A DNA stretch of 64,000 nt from NCBI GenBank assembly GCA_903911145.1, contig CAIWCD010000003.1, forward strand, positions 64,642 through 128,641, given 5' to 3'. This DNA is from an uncultured delta proteobacterium. GTDB lineage: Bacteria > Myxococcota > Myxococcia > Myxococcales > 40CM-4-68-19. Within the stretch, counting starts at the first letter, position 1, and every line of letters starts with the position of its first letter. Of this stretch, positions 28,959 to 38,623 are shown one piece after another. Below the pieces are notes generated by a model. It was not told the origin of the DNA. It worked only from the letters and a program-made list of their open reading frames with translations, and did no database searches. Position numbers and translations under genes: made by a program.

Positions 28959-30917
28959 ATGAGCGAGCGCCCTGAATCAAACGAACTGAATCTTGAGTTG
29001 ACCGAGTCTCAGAAGGCGGCCATTTCGCGCCTCGGTCGAGACGAGAATGTAATTCCTCCGCCGATCGCACTCGCGCGCGACGCGGTGCTGCGCAATGACG
29101 AGATCGAGCGCATGCATGCGCAGCAGGATCCCGCCGGCTTCTGGGGCGAGCGGGCCGCGGCCGTGGATTGGATGCGCCCCTGGGACGAGGTGCTCCGCTT
29201 CGATCCGCCGCGGCACGCCTGGTTCAGCGGAGGGAAGCTCAACGCGTCGGTCAATTGCATCGACCGTCACGCGCAGGGAGATCGGCGCAACAAGGCGGCC
29301 CTGCTCTGGGTCGGCGAGGACGGAGAGGAGCAGGCCTTCACCTATGGCCGCCTCTATCGTGAGGTCTGTCGTTTCGGCAATGCGCTGCGCCGCCTCGGGA
29401 TCGGAAAAGGTGACCGTGTGGTCATCTATATGCCGCTCGTTCCCGAAGGAATCATCGCGATGCTCGCATGCGCGCGCATCGGCGCGATCCATTCGGTCGT
29501 CTATGCAGGCATGGGAACCGAGGCGCTGCGCTCCCGCTTGATTGATTCCGGCGCGCGGGCGCTCATCTGCACCGATTTCACCTGGCGGCGCGGTCGCAAG
29601 ATTCCACTCAAGCCGACCGTCGATGCCGCCGTTCGCGACGTCGTCACCGTCGAGCATGTCATCGTGCACCGGCGCGGCTCGCGCCCCGGAGATGCGCCGG
29701 TCGCTTTCGAGAGTGAGCGGGAGCGCGACTTCTATGACATCCAGCAGGCGCGCGAAATCCATTGCAGGCCCGAGCCGATGGATGCCGAGGATCCGCTCTT
29801 CATCCTCTACACCTCGGGCACGACCGGGAAGCCCAAAGGGGTCGTGCATACCACCGGCGGATATCTCGTCGGCGTGACCTATCTCGCGCGTGCGTTCTAT
29901 CAAATCGGCGAGCGCGATATCTATTGGAGCACGTCCGATATCGGCTGGGTCGTCGGCCATTCATTCATCGTCTATGGCCCTCTCTCCATCGGCGCGACCA
30001 TCTTCTGCCGCGAGGGGGTACCCGACTATCCAACCCCTGACGTGACCTGGGAGCTCTGCGAACGATTCGGCATCAACATCATGTTCACTGCGCCCACGGC
30101 TCTGCGCATGTGGATGAGCCACGGCGGCGAAACGCCGTCTCGTTATGACTTATCCCGGCTGCGATTGATTGCCTGTGCGGGCGAGCCGTTGAACCCGGAG
30201 GCGCACCTCTGGGCCCAGAAATACCTCGTTGGGCAGTCGCACGGATTCATCGTCGACAACTGGTGGCAGACCGAACTCGCAGCGCCGGTATTGGGCACAC
30301 TTCCGACATTCGAGGCGCGCCCCGGCAAGGTCGGCAAACCCATGCCTGGCGTGGTCGCGGATATCGTCGATGCCACCGGCAAGCCGCTCCCCGATGGGCA
30401 GGGGGGACTGCTCGTCCTTCGCCAGCCGCTCCCGTATATGCTGCGGACGATCTGGAATGACGACGCACGATATTGCCACTATTGGAATCAGATCCCGAAC
30501 TGCTATACGGCCGGTGATATCGCCGTGCGCGACGCGCAAGGATATTACGCGGTGCTTGGCCGCGCCGACGACGTGCTGAATGTCGCGGGTCACCGCATCG
30601 GCACCGCGGATGTCGAAGGGTCCCTGTTGCGCCACCCGTCCGTCGTGGAGAGCGCGGTGATCGGCGTTCCTGACGAGATCAAGGGCGAGAGGATTAAAGC
30701 GTTTGTCGTGCTGCGCGCCACCGCCACCGTGAGCCCCGCGTTGATCTCCAGTCTCAAGGACCATGTCCGCCAGGATCTCGGCCCCATTGCACAACCGGCC
30801 GAGATTGAGATCGTCGCATCGCTTCCCAAGACACGCAGCGGGAAGATTCTTCGCCGATATCTGAAAGCGAAGGAAATGGGCGAGGACCCCGGCGATCTAT
30901 CCACGCTGGCGGATTAG
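28959..30917 (+). CDS. acs: acetyl-CoA synthetase (acetate/propionate-CoA ligase family)
   Basis: FILYTSGTTGKPKG, DNWWQTE, GRADDVLNVAGHRIG, LPKTRSGKILRR, GDLSTL. Confidence 0.9.
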   Translation: MSERPESNELNLELTESQKAAISRLGRDENVIPPPIALARDAVLRNDEIERMHAQQDPAGFWGERAAAVDWMRPWDEVLRFDPPRHAWFSGGKLNASVNCIDRHAQGDRRNKAALLWVGEDGEEQAFTYGRLYREVCRFGNALRRLGIGKGDRVVIYMPLVPEGIIAMLACARIGAIHSVVYAGMGTEALRSRLIDSGARALICTDFTWRRGRKIPLKPTVDAAVRDVVTVEHVIVHRRGSRPGDAPVAFESERERDFYDIQQAREIHCRPEPMDAEDPLFILYTSGTTGKPKGVVHTTGGYLVGVTYLARAFYQIGERDIYWSTSDIGWVVGHSFIVYGPLSIGATIFCREGVPDYPTPDVTWELCERFGINIMFTAPTALRMWMSHGGETPSRYDLSRLRLIACAGEPLNPEAHLWAQKYLVGQSHGFIVDNWWQTELAAPVLGTLPTFEARPGKVGKPMPGVVADIVDATGKPLPDGQGGLLVLRQPLPYMLRTIWNDDARYCHYWNQIPNCYTAGDIAVRDAQGYYAVLGRADDVLNVAGHRIGTADVEGSLLRHPSVVESAVIGVPDEIKGERIKAFVVLRATATVSPALISSLKDHVRQDLGPIAQPAEIEIVASLPKTRSGKILRRYLKAKEMGEDPGDLSTLAD

Positions 30918-30989
30918 AGCTACCGCACTCTTCGCCGTGCAGCGGGGCACGGCGCATGCATTTGAGCGAGGCCAGTCGCGCGTCCGCGC

Positions 30990-31608
30990 GTTGAGTTGCC
31001 TCGTGCCGATTACCCTCCGTTCACTCGCGCTCGTCGCGTTCGCTCTCGCGCTGGCGCTCGCCCTCTCCGCGAGCGCACAGAGTCGCGTTCAAGCGTCGAT
31101 GATCTGTTCGCGCGGGGACGAGCACCAAACGTTCGCGGCCATTGTCACGATGGCCAGCACCCGCCCGGTCGGCTCGCTTCTCCAGATCCGCATCGACGGT
31201 CTGCCCTCCGGCACCATCTCGCACTTCGGCCTCAACTATCTCCACGATATGAATACCGACTATTCGCTGCCGCGCGGCGGCACCTATATCGAAGGCTCCG
31301 CGCAACTGGTTCCCGGCACGGGGACCGCGAATGCGCTCCAGGGCGCATCCGTGCGGCACGAGGCCAATACGATTCGTCTCCTCCTGCCTGGACATATCGA
31401 CAGCGGCTCGAGCTATACCCCGCCCAGCATTGAATTCACGCTGCGAGTGGATGCTCTCCCCGGCGCACGGCTCGAGCTCGGCTTTCTTCATTACCAGCTC
31501 ACGGCGAATGCAATCATCATCGGGGATGTGCTGACCAGTTGCGAGCCGGCGTCTCCGATGCCGAGCATCGCCACCACGCTCGTGATCGCGGGCGACGTGC
31601 GCCCGTGA
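30990..31608 (+). CDS. secreted hypothetical protein, beta-rich (start uncertain)
   Basis: Signal peptide (ALALSASAQ); Cys pair; GTGA overlap with the next gene. Confidence 0.55.
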
Positions 31609-33299
31609 GCCCTGCTTCGGATCCGCACTGGTGGAAGCGAACGACGGTCTACCAGATCTATCCCCGCTCGTTCGCCGACTCGAACGGCGATGGGATTGGA
31701 GACCTCCGGGGAGTGCTCGGCAAGCTCGATTACCTTCAGTCTCTCGGCGTCGAGACGCTCTGGCTTTCGCCCTTCTTCCAGAGTCCGCAGGCCGACTTTG
31801 GCTACGATATCAGCGACTATAAAGCGATCTCCCCTGACTATGGCACGCTCGCCGACTGCAACGAGCTGATCAAGAAGGTCCATGCGCGGGGAATGAAGCT
31901 CGTCTTCGATATGGTGCTCAACCACACTTCGGACCAGCACCCCTGGTTTCTCTCGTCGCGCAGCAGCAGCCTGAACAACAAGCGCGACTGGTATCTCTGG
32001 CGCGATGGACGCCAGCCGCACGGCAAGAGCCCTCCCAACAACTGGCGTTCGATGCTGGGCGGCTCGGGTTGGCATTACGATGCGAATACCGGGCAATGGT
32101 ATTTCGCCAGCTTCCTCGCCAACCAGCCTGACCTCAACTATCGCAATCCGGAGGTCAAGCAGGCCATGCTGGGGATCGTCAGCCATTGGCTTGATGCCGG
32201 GGCCGATGGTCTGCGCCTTGATATCTTCAACGCGCTCTTCAAGGACGCTTCATTCGCGGACAATCCATTCTCCTGTCGCCCCGTCCCGACAGAGAGCAAT
32301 CCGCATGGCTTCTTCCAGAAGCATATCCACACCATCGATCACCCGGACACCATCGCGTTCGCCCTCGAGTTGCGCGCCGTCGTAGATCGATATCATTCGC
32401 CCGAGCGCTTTCTCGTCGGAGAGGTGTTCGGTGATGCAGCAATGCTCAAGCGATATTGCGGCGACGCAGCGCAAGGGCTTCACCTGGTCTTCCTCTTTGA
32501 ATCGCTTCGCGCGCACGCCTCTGGTCCGGAGATTCGCGCTCTGATCAGCGAGTTTGAAGCATCGTTCCCCGCGCCTTATACGCCGACCTATGTCTACGGC
32601 AATCACGACCGCCCCCGACTGGCGCTGCGGATCAGGAACCACGAGGAGAAGGCGAAGCTTCTGGCGGCGATTCAACTGACGGTGCGGGGTGTCCCCTTTA
32701 TCTATTACGGCGAAGAGATCGGGATGGAGAACCACGATATCCCGTTGCACGAAGGGCTCGACCCTGTCGCCGCCCGTTTTCGCCTCATCCCGCAATTTCT
32801 CGTTCGTTGGTTGCGCCGTCGGGGAGTGCTGCTCAATCGCGACGAATGCCGCTCGCCGATGCAATGGACTGCGGGTCCCAACGCGGGCTTCGCTGCGCCC
32901 TCTGCGAAGCCGTGGTTGCCGATCCATCCCAATCATCTGCGTATCAATGTCGCCACCCAGAGCGAGCGCCCCGACTCTCTTCTCAACTGCTATCGCGCGT
33001 TGCTGGCGCTGCGCCGCGAGCTGCCCGCGCTCCAAGCCGGTGCGCTCGAATGGATCGAGATTTCCGGAATGCCGCGCTCGCTGGTTGCATTTCGCCGGAC
33101 GATCGCCAACGCAGTTCCCGGCGTCGACGTGTTCCTCAACTTCTCTTCGCGCGCCTGCGCGCTCGACCTTTCAGCCCAGTCTGGCCGCACGCTCTTCAGC
33201 AGCCGCGATGCCTCGCGCATCGCGGCGCCACGCGAATATCAACTCGCACCGCACGAGGCGGTCATCCTCTTCGGCGAAGCATTGCAATCATCCCAATAG
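31605..33299 (+). CDS. GH13 alpha-glucosidase / oligo-1,6-glucosidase family
   Basis: YQIYPRSFADSNGDGIGDL, DMVLNHTS, DGLRLD, VGE, NHD catalytic triad, YYGEEIG, RDECRSPMQW. Confidence 0.93.
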   Translation: MSPASDPHWWKRTTVYQIYPRSFADSNGDGIGDLRGVLGKLDYLQSLGVETLWLSPFFQSPQADFGYDISDYKAISPDYGTLADCNELIKKVHARGMKLVFDMVLNHTSDQHPWFLSSRSSSLNNKRDWYLWRDGRQPHGKSPPNNWRSMLGGSGWHYDANTGQWYFASFLANQPDLNYRNPEVKQAMLGIVSHWLDAGADGLRLDIFNALFKDASFADNPFSCRPVPTESNPHGFFQKHIHTIDHPDTIAFALELRAVVDRYHSPERFLVGEVFGDAAMLKRYCGDAAQGLHLVFLFESLRAHASGPEIRALISEFEASFPAPYTPTYVYGNHDRPRLALRIRNHEEKAKLLAAIQLTVRGVPFIYYGEEIGMENHDIPLHEGLDPVAARFRLIPQFLVRWLRRRGVLLNRDECRSPMQWTAGPNAGFAAPSAKPWLPIHPNHLRINVATQSERPDSLLNCYRALLALRRELPALQAGALEWIEISGMPRSLVAFRRTIANAVPGVDVFLNFSSRACALDLSAQSGRTLFSSRDASRIAAPREYQLAPHEAVILFGEALQSSQ

Positions 33300-34100
33300 C
33301 ATTCGTTCGAGATGATCGAACGTCCAGTCCTCGAACGCGTGTATCCGGTGACGCCAGCTCGATGCTTTCTCGGGATAAGCGGCAACATAGAGATTCCACC
33401 AGATCTCCGAACCACCCGTCAGGTTCACGTTCGCGAGCCACGGCTTCTGCAGCATGTAATGAACCACCTTGGCCTCGTGCTCGAGCGTCGCGTTCAACCC
33501 CGGATGGCCGCGCATGAACTGGTAGATGAAGTGCGGCATATTCATCCCCACGGGCAATCGCTGCTCGATGGACATGCCATACCAATTCGAGAAGTAGCTA
33601 TTGAGGAATCCCTGATCGCCCCCGTCATAGGTGGCCGTTAATGGAAGCGCCTGCATCATCTCCGCGAACGTTACTTCTGACGGCTCAAGCACCATCACGC
33701 CTGAATTAAAACGATCGGGCATGAAGAAGTCCGGCGCGGCCGCAAAGTGCTTTCGCTCGAACAGCGCATCGATATTCTTCAGCACCAGGGTATCCGCGTC
33801 GAGGAAGACGATCCGTTCGAACTCGCAGAGTTGCCAGGCCCGAAGCTTGGTGAAGACGGCCGAGAAGCGTGGATAGAGCGGCTGATCCGAGTTCGGCACG
33901 CCGATCGGTTGGACGTCGCGCAGCAGCCAGCCGAGGCGTTTCAGTCGGTCGCGCGCCTCGGCTCCAACGTCTGCTGTCACCATGACGACGCGCGGAATCG
34001 TGCTGCCTGCCAACTCGAGCGACTTGCCGAGCACCTCGACGCCGGTCGCATATCCGTCACCATTGCAGAGCAGACTTGCATAGGCAGTCTTCGACACCAT
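33288..34100 (-). CDS. GT8 glycosyltransferase, glycogenin/PGSIP-like
   Basis: TKLRAW, VFLDADTLVLKNIDALF, AAPD..PDRFNSGVMVLEPS, YDGGDQGFLN, VVHY..KPW. Confidence 0.9.
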   Translation of the reverse strand: MVSKTAYASLLCNGDGYATGVEVLGKSLELAGSTIPRVVMVTADVGAEARDRLKRLGWLLRDVQPIGVPNSDQPLYPRFSAVFTKLRAWQLCEFERIVFLDADTLVLKNIDALFERKHFAAAPDFFMPDRFNSGVMVLEPSEVTFAEMMQALPLTATYDGGDQGFLNSYFSNWYGMSIEQRLPVGMNMPHFIYQFMRGHPGLNATLEHEAKVVHYMLQKPWLANVNLTGGSEIWWNLYVAAYPEKASSWRHRIHAFEDWTFDHLERMLLG

Positions 34101-34217
34101 GAGTGGCCTCAATGCGCGGAGACGATTGCCGCTGCGCTCGAAGGCTGGCAGCGCAACATTCATGCCCCATCTCGCGGTCGCTTCTCTTTGATTCGCGGGT
34201 TGGGATAGTTTCCGTTG

Positions 34218-35129
34218 ATGGATTTCTTCAAATCAATGAGCACCTCGGTCAAGTTCGCCGCGGCCCTCGCGGGCGCGCTGGTTCTTTTCTTCGCCTATGT
34301 CTGGCCCCGCCTGATTCCTCTGCTGGCTCGCTATTGCAATGCGCGCGGCTGGATCCATCTTGAGGATCCCGACGAGGTGCCGGGCTGGTTTGAGGCGGCG
34401 ATGTACATCACGCCGGTCGTGCTCGCAGCGGTCGCCGCGGTGAGTTTCCTCACGGCCAGCATGCGCTCCACGGCGAACTCATTCGAGCTCTTTCTGCAAT
34501 CCGAGGCCAATGCACGAGGGCTGGGTTTCGAACCCGGATACCAGCAGCCCACGCTGAGCTTTACCGGCGTCGCCGTGCGGGAGTTTGTTCCGAATGGGCG
34601 AATCATCAATGGAGCGGATGGTTCGGTCGGCTCAGTGTATTGCCAGCAGACCAATTACACGGAGATGCGGCCCTTGGTCCGGCAAGACCTGGATGACGCG
34701 AAGCACTTTGGATTGGAACCCGTTTCCCAATTAAACCTGGTCGTCGTGCTCAATATCGCGAAGAAGGTCCCGAGAGCCTTCGTTTCGCACGCACCGCTGA
34801 AGCAGGAACCGTTCGCGGTCGTTCGCGAACAGGAGCAGCACTTCTATTTCTGCGCGAACGAGCAGGATGCGCAAAGAGTTCTTCCCTTGATTCAGCGCTG
34901 GTCATCGCAGCAGGCATCACTGCTCGCGACCGCAGCGCCGCTCTCCTCGTTGTCTGGCGCCGCGGGCCCGCCGCCGTCCTGGGACCTCGAGCTTGGCCCG
35001 AGCGCGACGGCAGAGGGCTCGACGCTGAAGCTATACCTGCCGATTACCCTGTTCGCAGACGCGGAGCGGGGACACGCGCTGCTCTCGCAGGCCATCGACG
35101 GCCTCAACGATCTTGGGAAGCTCTTCTAA
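34218..35129 (+). CDS. hypothetical membrane protein
   Basis: Two N-terminal TM segments followed by a soluble domain. Confidence 0.55.
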   Translation: MDFFKSMSTSVKFAAALAGALVLFFAYVWPRLIPLLARYCNARGWIHLEDPDEVPGWFEAAMYITPVVLAAVAAVSFLTASMRSTANSFELFLQSEANARGLGFEPGYQQPTLSFTGVAVREFVPNGRIINGADGSVGSVYCQQTNYTEMRPLVRQDLDDAKHFGLEPVSQLNLVVVLNIAKKVPRAFVSHAPLKQEPFAVVREQEQHFYFCANEQDAQRVLPLIQRWSSQQASLLATAAPLSSLSGAAGPPPSWDLELGPSATAEGSTLKLYLPITLFADAERGHALLSQAIDGLNDLGKLF

Positions 35130-36210
35130 TCGGGCCGATCGCTTGTGCCGCTCGCCTGCGCGGAGCAAGGCGCTGATCGACTCGGCGATAGATCTGGTCG
35201 ACGACCCACGTCAGCATGAACGTGCATGCAATCAACAGCACCAGCAGCGCCGAGTAGCGCAGCCAGGTCTGGTGCTCGCCCCAGATCACATAGAATGAAT
35301 ATCCGAAGATATGAAAGTAGAGCAGCGTCTCATGCAGGAAGTATCCGGCGAGCGATGAAGTTCCGAAGATCTCGATGAACCGGATGGCGCGGGAGTTGGC
35401 CTTCGGCCAGAGCTGCTCGAGTGCAAGCAGCAGCAGCGCGAAGAGGCAGACCTGCGTCCACCGGCGCGCGCAGTTCGCGGGATTGGTGACCCAGAACTCG
35501 TGCGCCGGATAGATCGATGTAAACCAGGGAGTGCAATACCAGATGATTAGGCCCACTCCGACGAGCGCTGCGAGCCATTTCGCGGTGCCGCGCGCGCCTT
35601 CCACGGCTGCGGTCGCGCCGATCGCCGCGCCCAGATATACATATCCGCTCCAGGGCAGGAGCGGGAATACCGACCCTGACGCTGTATTCAATAAATGCCC
35701 CAGCGGGAGCGGGATATGCTCGCCGAGCGGCGCTGCTGCGAAGACCAATGCCGCGAGCAGCAGCGACGATCCGCGAAGCGCACGAGGGTGCGGCGCGAGA
35801 AGAAAGAGCAGCGGCAGCGCGATGAGCAGAGATATCCCGATGCATTGGAGGATATCAATGCGCAGGATCCAGCGCGGCTCGCGGAAGATCGGAAACCACA
35901 TCCAGTTCATGAACGTGGCGACGAAGAGCACCTCGAAGATGCGCCGGAGCGTGCGCAGGAAACGGCTCTTGCGCGCTTCAGGAGAATCGGAGGCGAGCGC
36001 GGCGCGGACCTGCGTCAGCGCGAGCGCGAACCCTGCTGCGAAGATGAACGACGGCGCTACAAGTCCGTCGATCCACTGCACCGTCGAATAGAACGCGCCC
36101 GCGCGCAGCTCGGGCTTGAGCAGCGCGAGTGCGTGCGTCTGGATCATCACCAGCACTGCGATGCCGCGCAGCCAATCGAAGGTCCGCACACGAGTGGCCG
36201 TTGGAATCAT
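35104..36210 (-). CDS. DUF1624/HGSNAT-like membrane acyltransferase
   Basis: DWLRGIAVLVMIQTH, PSFIFAAG, DILQCIG, FPLLPW, GTSSL..YFLH. Confidence 0.82.
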   Translation of the reverse strand: MIPTATRVRTFDWLRGIAVLVMIQTHALALLKPELRAGAFYSTVQWIDGLVAPSFIFAAGFALALTQVRAALASDSPEARKSRFLRTLRRIFEVLFVATFMNWMWFPIFREPRWILRIDILQCIGISLLIALPLLFLLAPHPRALRGSSLLLAALVFAAAPLGEHIPLPLGHLLNTASGSVFPLLPWSGYVYLGAAIGATAAVEGARGTAKWLAALVGVGLIIWYCTPWFTSIYPAHEFWVTNPANCARRWTQVCLFALLLLALEQLWPKANSRAIRFIEIFGTSSLAGYFLHETLLYFHIFGYSFYVIWGEHQTWLRYSALLVLLIACTFMLTWVVDQIYRRVDQRLAPRRRAAQAIGPIRRASQDR

Positions 36211-36354
36211 GGTGGTGACCTCATCATTGGACGCGCACCGGGTAAAGGTGGAAATCGCCGCGGCGCGCGTGGCGGCCGATTGAATTGACTGAGCGATGCA
36301 GAGATTTCCAGGGCGGTGCTATAGAGCCGCGGTTGGCAATTCAAGGAGACCTCC

Positions 36355-37437
36355 ATGGGCATCGCCCGTTCGCATCTTTCATTGATTCTCGCTGCGGCCG
36401 CAGTGCTCTGCTCCTGCGCAGGGCGAACTGCGCTACCGGCCGAGAGCCCGGCCGCGGTCAAGGGTTCAACGGGCGAGGGTTCGTCGGGCGCGACTGTCGC
36501 GCCCGCACCGATTGTGCTCAACGGCGGCGCGCCGGTATCGATGGACTATCTCGCGTATGACGCCGTCCGCGACCGCGTCTGGATACCAGCGGGCAATACC
36601 GGGAATGTCGACGTATACGACGTAAAGGTCGGACGGCTCGTCCCTATCGGCGGATTTGATACCAACACGGTGAAAGGCCGAGACGGCAAGGATCGCATTG
36701 TCGGCCCCAGTTCGGTCTCTCTCGGCAATGGGTTTGCCTATATCGGTAATCGCGCGGGCTTCAAGGTCTGCGCTGTGCGCGCGGATACGCTGGTGAAGTC
36801 AGGCTGCATCGCTCTGCCCTCTTCGCCCGATGGCACTGCATATATCGGGACGACGCAGGAGGTATGGGTGACAACGCCGCGCGATCACTCCATCTCGATT
36901 CTCGATGTGGCGAAGGCAGACGAACCCAAGCTTGCGGGCAGGCTCGAACTCGATGGGGCCGAGGGATATGCCGTCGATACCACGCGCGGCCTCTTCTATA
37001 CCAACCTCGAGGAGAGCGACCGGACCGTGGTGATTGATGTGAAGACGCGCAAGATCGTCAAGACGTGGAAGCCGAATTGCGGAGAAGCAGGCCCGCGCGG
37101 GCTCGCGCTCGATGTGGAGCGGCGCCACCTGTTCGTCGCCTGCGCCAGCGGCAGCGTCAGGACTCTCGATGCGGCAAATGACGGCGAGTTGCTCGGCGAC
37201 GTGATGGCCGGGGATGGACTCGATAACATCGACTATCTGCCCGCTCAGCATTTGATCTATGCCGCAGCGGGGCGCGCGGGAACATTGGCCGTAATCGAGG
37301 ACGCAGCAAGTGGCGCGCTCAAGAGCGTCTCTACCTCCCCGTCAGTCGACGGCGGCCGCGTGGTCGTCGTCGACTCTGCGGGCAGCGCCTATATCGCCGA
37401 CTCAAAGGGTGGGCGGCTCGTCGTCGTCAAACCCTGA
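36355..37437 (+). CDS. YncE-like beta-propeller lipoprotein
   Basis: AAGGAG RBS, lipobox, MDYLAYD, PDG, PRGLALD..LFVAC. Confidence 0.78.
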   Translation: MGIARSHLSLILAAAAVLCSCAGRTALPAESPAAVKGSTGEGSSGATVAPAPIVLNGGAPVSMDYLAYDAVRDRVWIPAGNTGNVDVYDVKVGRLVPIGGFDTNTVKGRDGKDRIVGPSSVSLGNGFAYIGNRAGFKVCAVRADTLVKSGCIALPSSPDGTAYIGTTQEVWVTTPRDHSISILDVAKADEPKLAGRLELDGAEGYAVDTTRGLFYTNLEESDRTVVIDVKTRKIVKTWKPNCGEAGPRGLALDVERRHLFVACASGSVRTLDAANDGELLGDVMAGDGLDNIDYLPAQHLIYAAAGRAGTLAVIEDAASGALKSVSTSPSVDGGRVVVVDSAGSAYIADSKGGRLVVVKP

Positions 37438-37602
37438 CCGTCGGGCAACGACGAGTTGTTCGCGGTCGCATTGCTTGCGTCGGATCGCCCTGTTTCCGCC
37501 ATCCGGCGCAATCTCTGCGCTGACCGAGGAACGGATTGCGCGACCATCGGGCCGCGGGACTTCCCGCATGCCCGCCTGGCCGCGCTCCGCGCAGTCCGTG
37601 CG

Positions 37603-38010
37603 CTAACGCACGCCCTTTTGAATGAGGTGCGGCGCGTACTTCTTATCCGAGCCCTGGATATGATCGATCAGCCAGGCATTGAGGAACTTCAGCGTCTCCA
37701 TCGAGACGGCCGCCTTCCCTGACTCAAAGTCCTTCTTCAGTCCCAGCGCCTGCTTGGCAAGCTCCGTGTGCTGGCGCACGTGTTCTTCCTTATCGCCATA
37801 CCCATGCTGCCGGAAGAGACTCTCCTCGAAAGCGAAGTGCTCCTTCGTATACTCGACAAGGCCGCCGAACACCTTGGCGAGAACCTCCTTGGACTTCCCG
37901 TCTTTCATTGCATCGGCGAGGTCGTTGACCAGGCCAATCAGCTTCTTATGCTGCGCGTCGATCGAGTCAATCCCCACCGAGATGCTGGGATTCCAGACAA
38001 TAAAAGCCAT
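37603..38010 (-). CDS. bacteriohemerythrin
   Basis: IDAQH, HFAFEE, HVRQH, WLIDHIQGSD: all di-iron ligands present. Confidence 0.95.
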   Translation of the reverse strand: MAFIVWNPSISVGIDSIDAQHKKLIGLVNDLADAMKDGKSKEVLAKVFGGLVEYTKEHFAFEESLFRQHGYGDKEEHVRQHTELAKQALGLKKDFESGKAAVSMETLKFLNAWLIDHIQGSDKKYAPHLIQKGVR

Positions 38011-38075
38011 CGATTGCTCCAGAGGTCAGCGCGGGGCGAGATGCCGCGCGCATCGAGAGAAACGCGGGCGTGTTT

Positions 38076-38091
38076 TGCAGTCGACATGCCA
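38076..38091 (-). promoter_or_regulatory. sigma54 promoter of the hemerythrin gene
   Basis: TGGCATGTCGACTGCA (GG-N10-GC), 14/16 identical to the acs candidate. Confidence 0.6.
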
Positions 38092-38192
38092 GACCGACTC
38101 CAGGCTGGGTAAGACTCCGCAGCCCGCGCGTTGCTCTGGGCGAACGCGTGGCCAGTGCCCGCGATCGCCGCGGGGCACTGGCCGGGTTCGAA

Positions 38193-38549
38193 TCAGTGAG
38201 ACTTCGTCTTCATCACCATGATCAAGCGAACCACGTCTGCGGAAGCCGCGGCATAAGGACTCCCGCTACCGAGCGCAAGCTGCTCCGTCACGCTCTTGCC
38301 CGCATCGGCTTCGCGAATAATGCCAGCGGCCTGCTTATGGAACGTCGCGTGCGCCGTCACGAGCTGCTTGTATTCCGCGATACCGCCGAACTTTCCCACC
38401 GTCGCTGCTTCGTGGAGCCACTTGCCGAGCGCGCAGAGATTGTCCGGCTCAACCGCGGCGACCTTGAGCGAGCCATCCGGCTTCTTGATGTAGGCCGACA
38501 GCTTCATCTTCCAGCCGGCGTGTGCAACCACTGCTTCGTCGAAGTTCAT
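38193..38549 (-). CDS. stand-alone CZB (chemoreceptor zinc-binding) protein
   Basis: HAGWK, CALGKWL, HATFH; GAGGAGG RBS. Confidence 0.9.
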   Translation of the reverse strand: MNFDEAVVAHAGWKMKLSAYIKKPDGSLKVAAVEPDNLCALGKWLHEAATVGKFGGIAEYKQLVTAHATFHKQAAGIIREADAGKSVTEQLALGSGSPYAAASADVVRLIMVMKTKSH

Positions 38550-38623
38550 AGTGCCTCCTCTGGGCGAAGAACCGGTTGAGCGGCCTGCAGGAGTGGGTCC
38601 AAACGGCACTGCCGGGTTGACGG

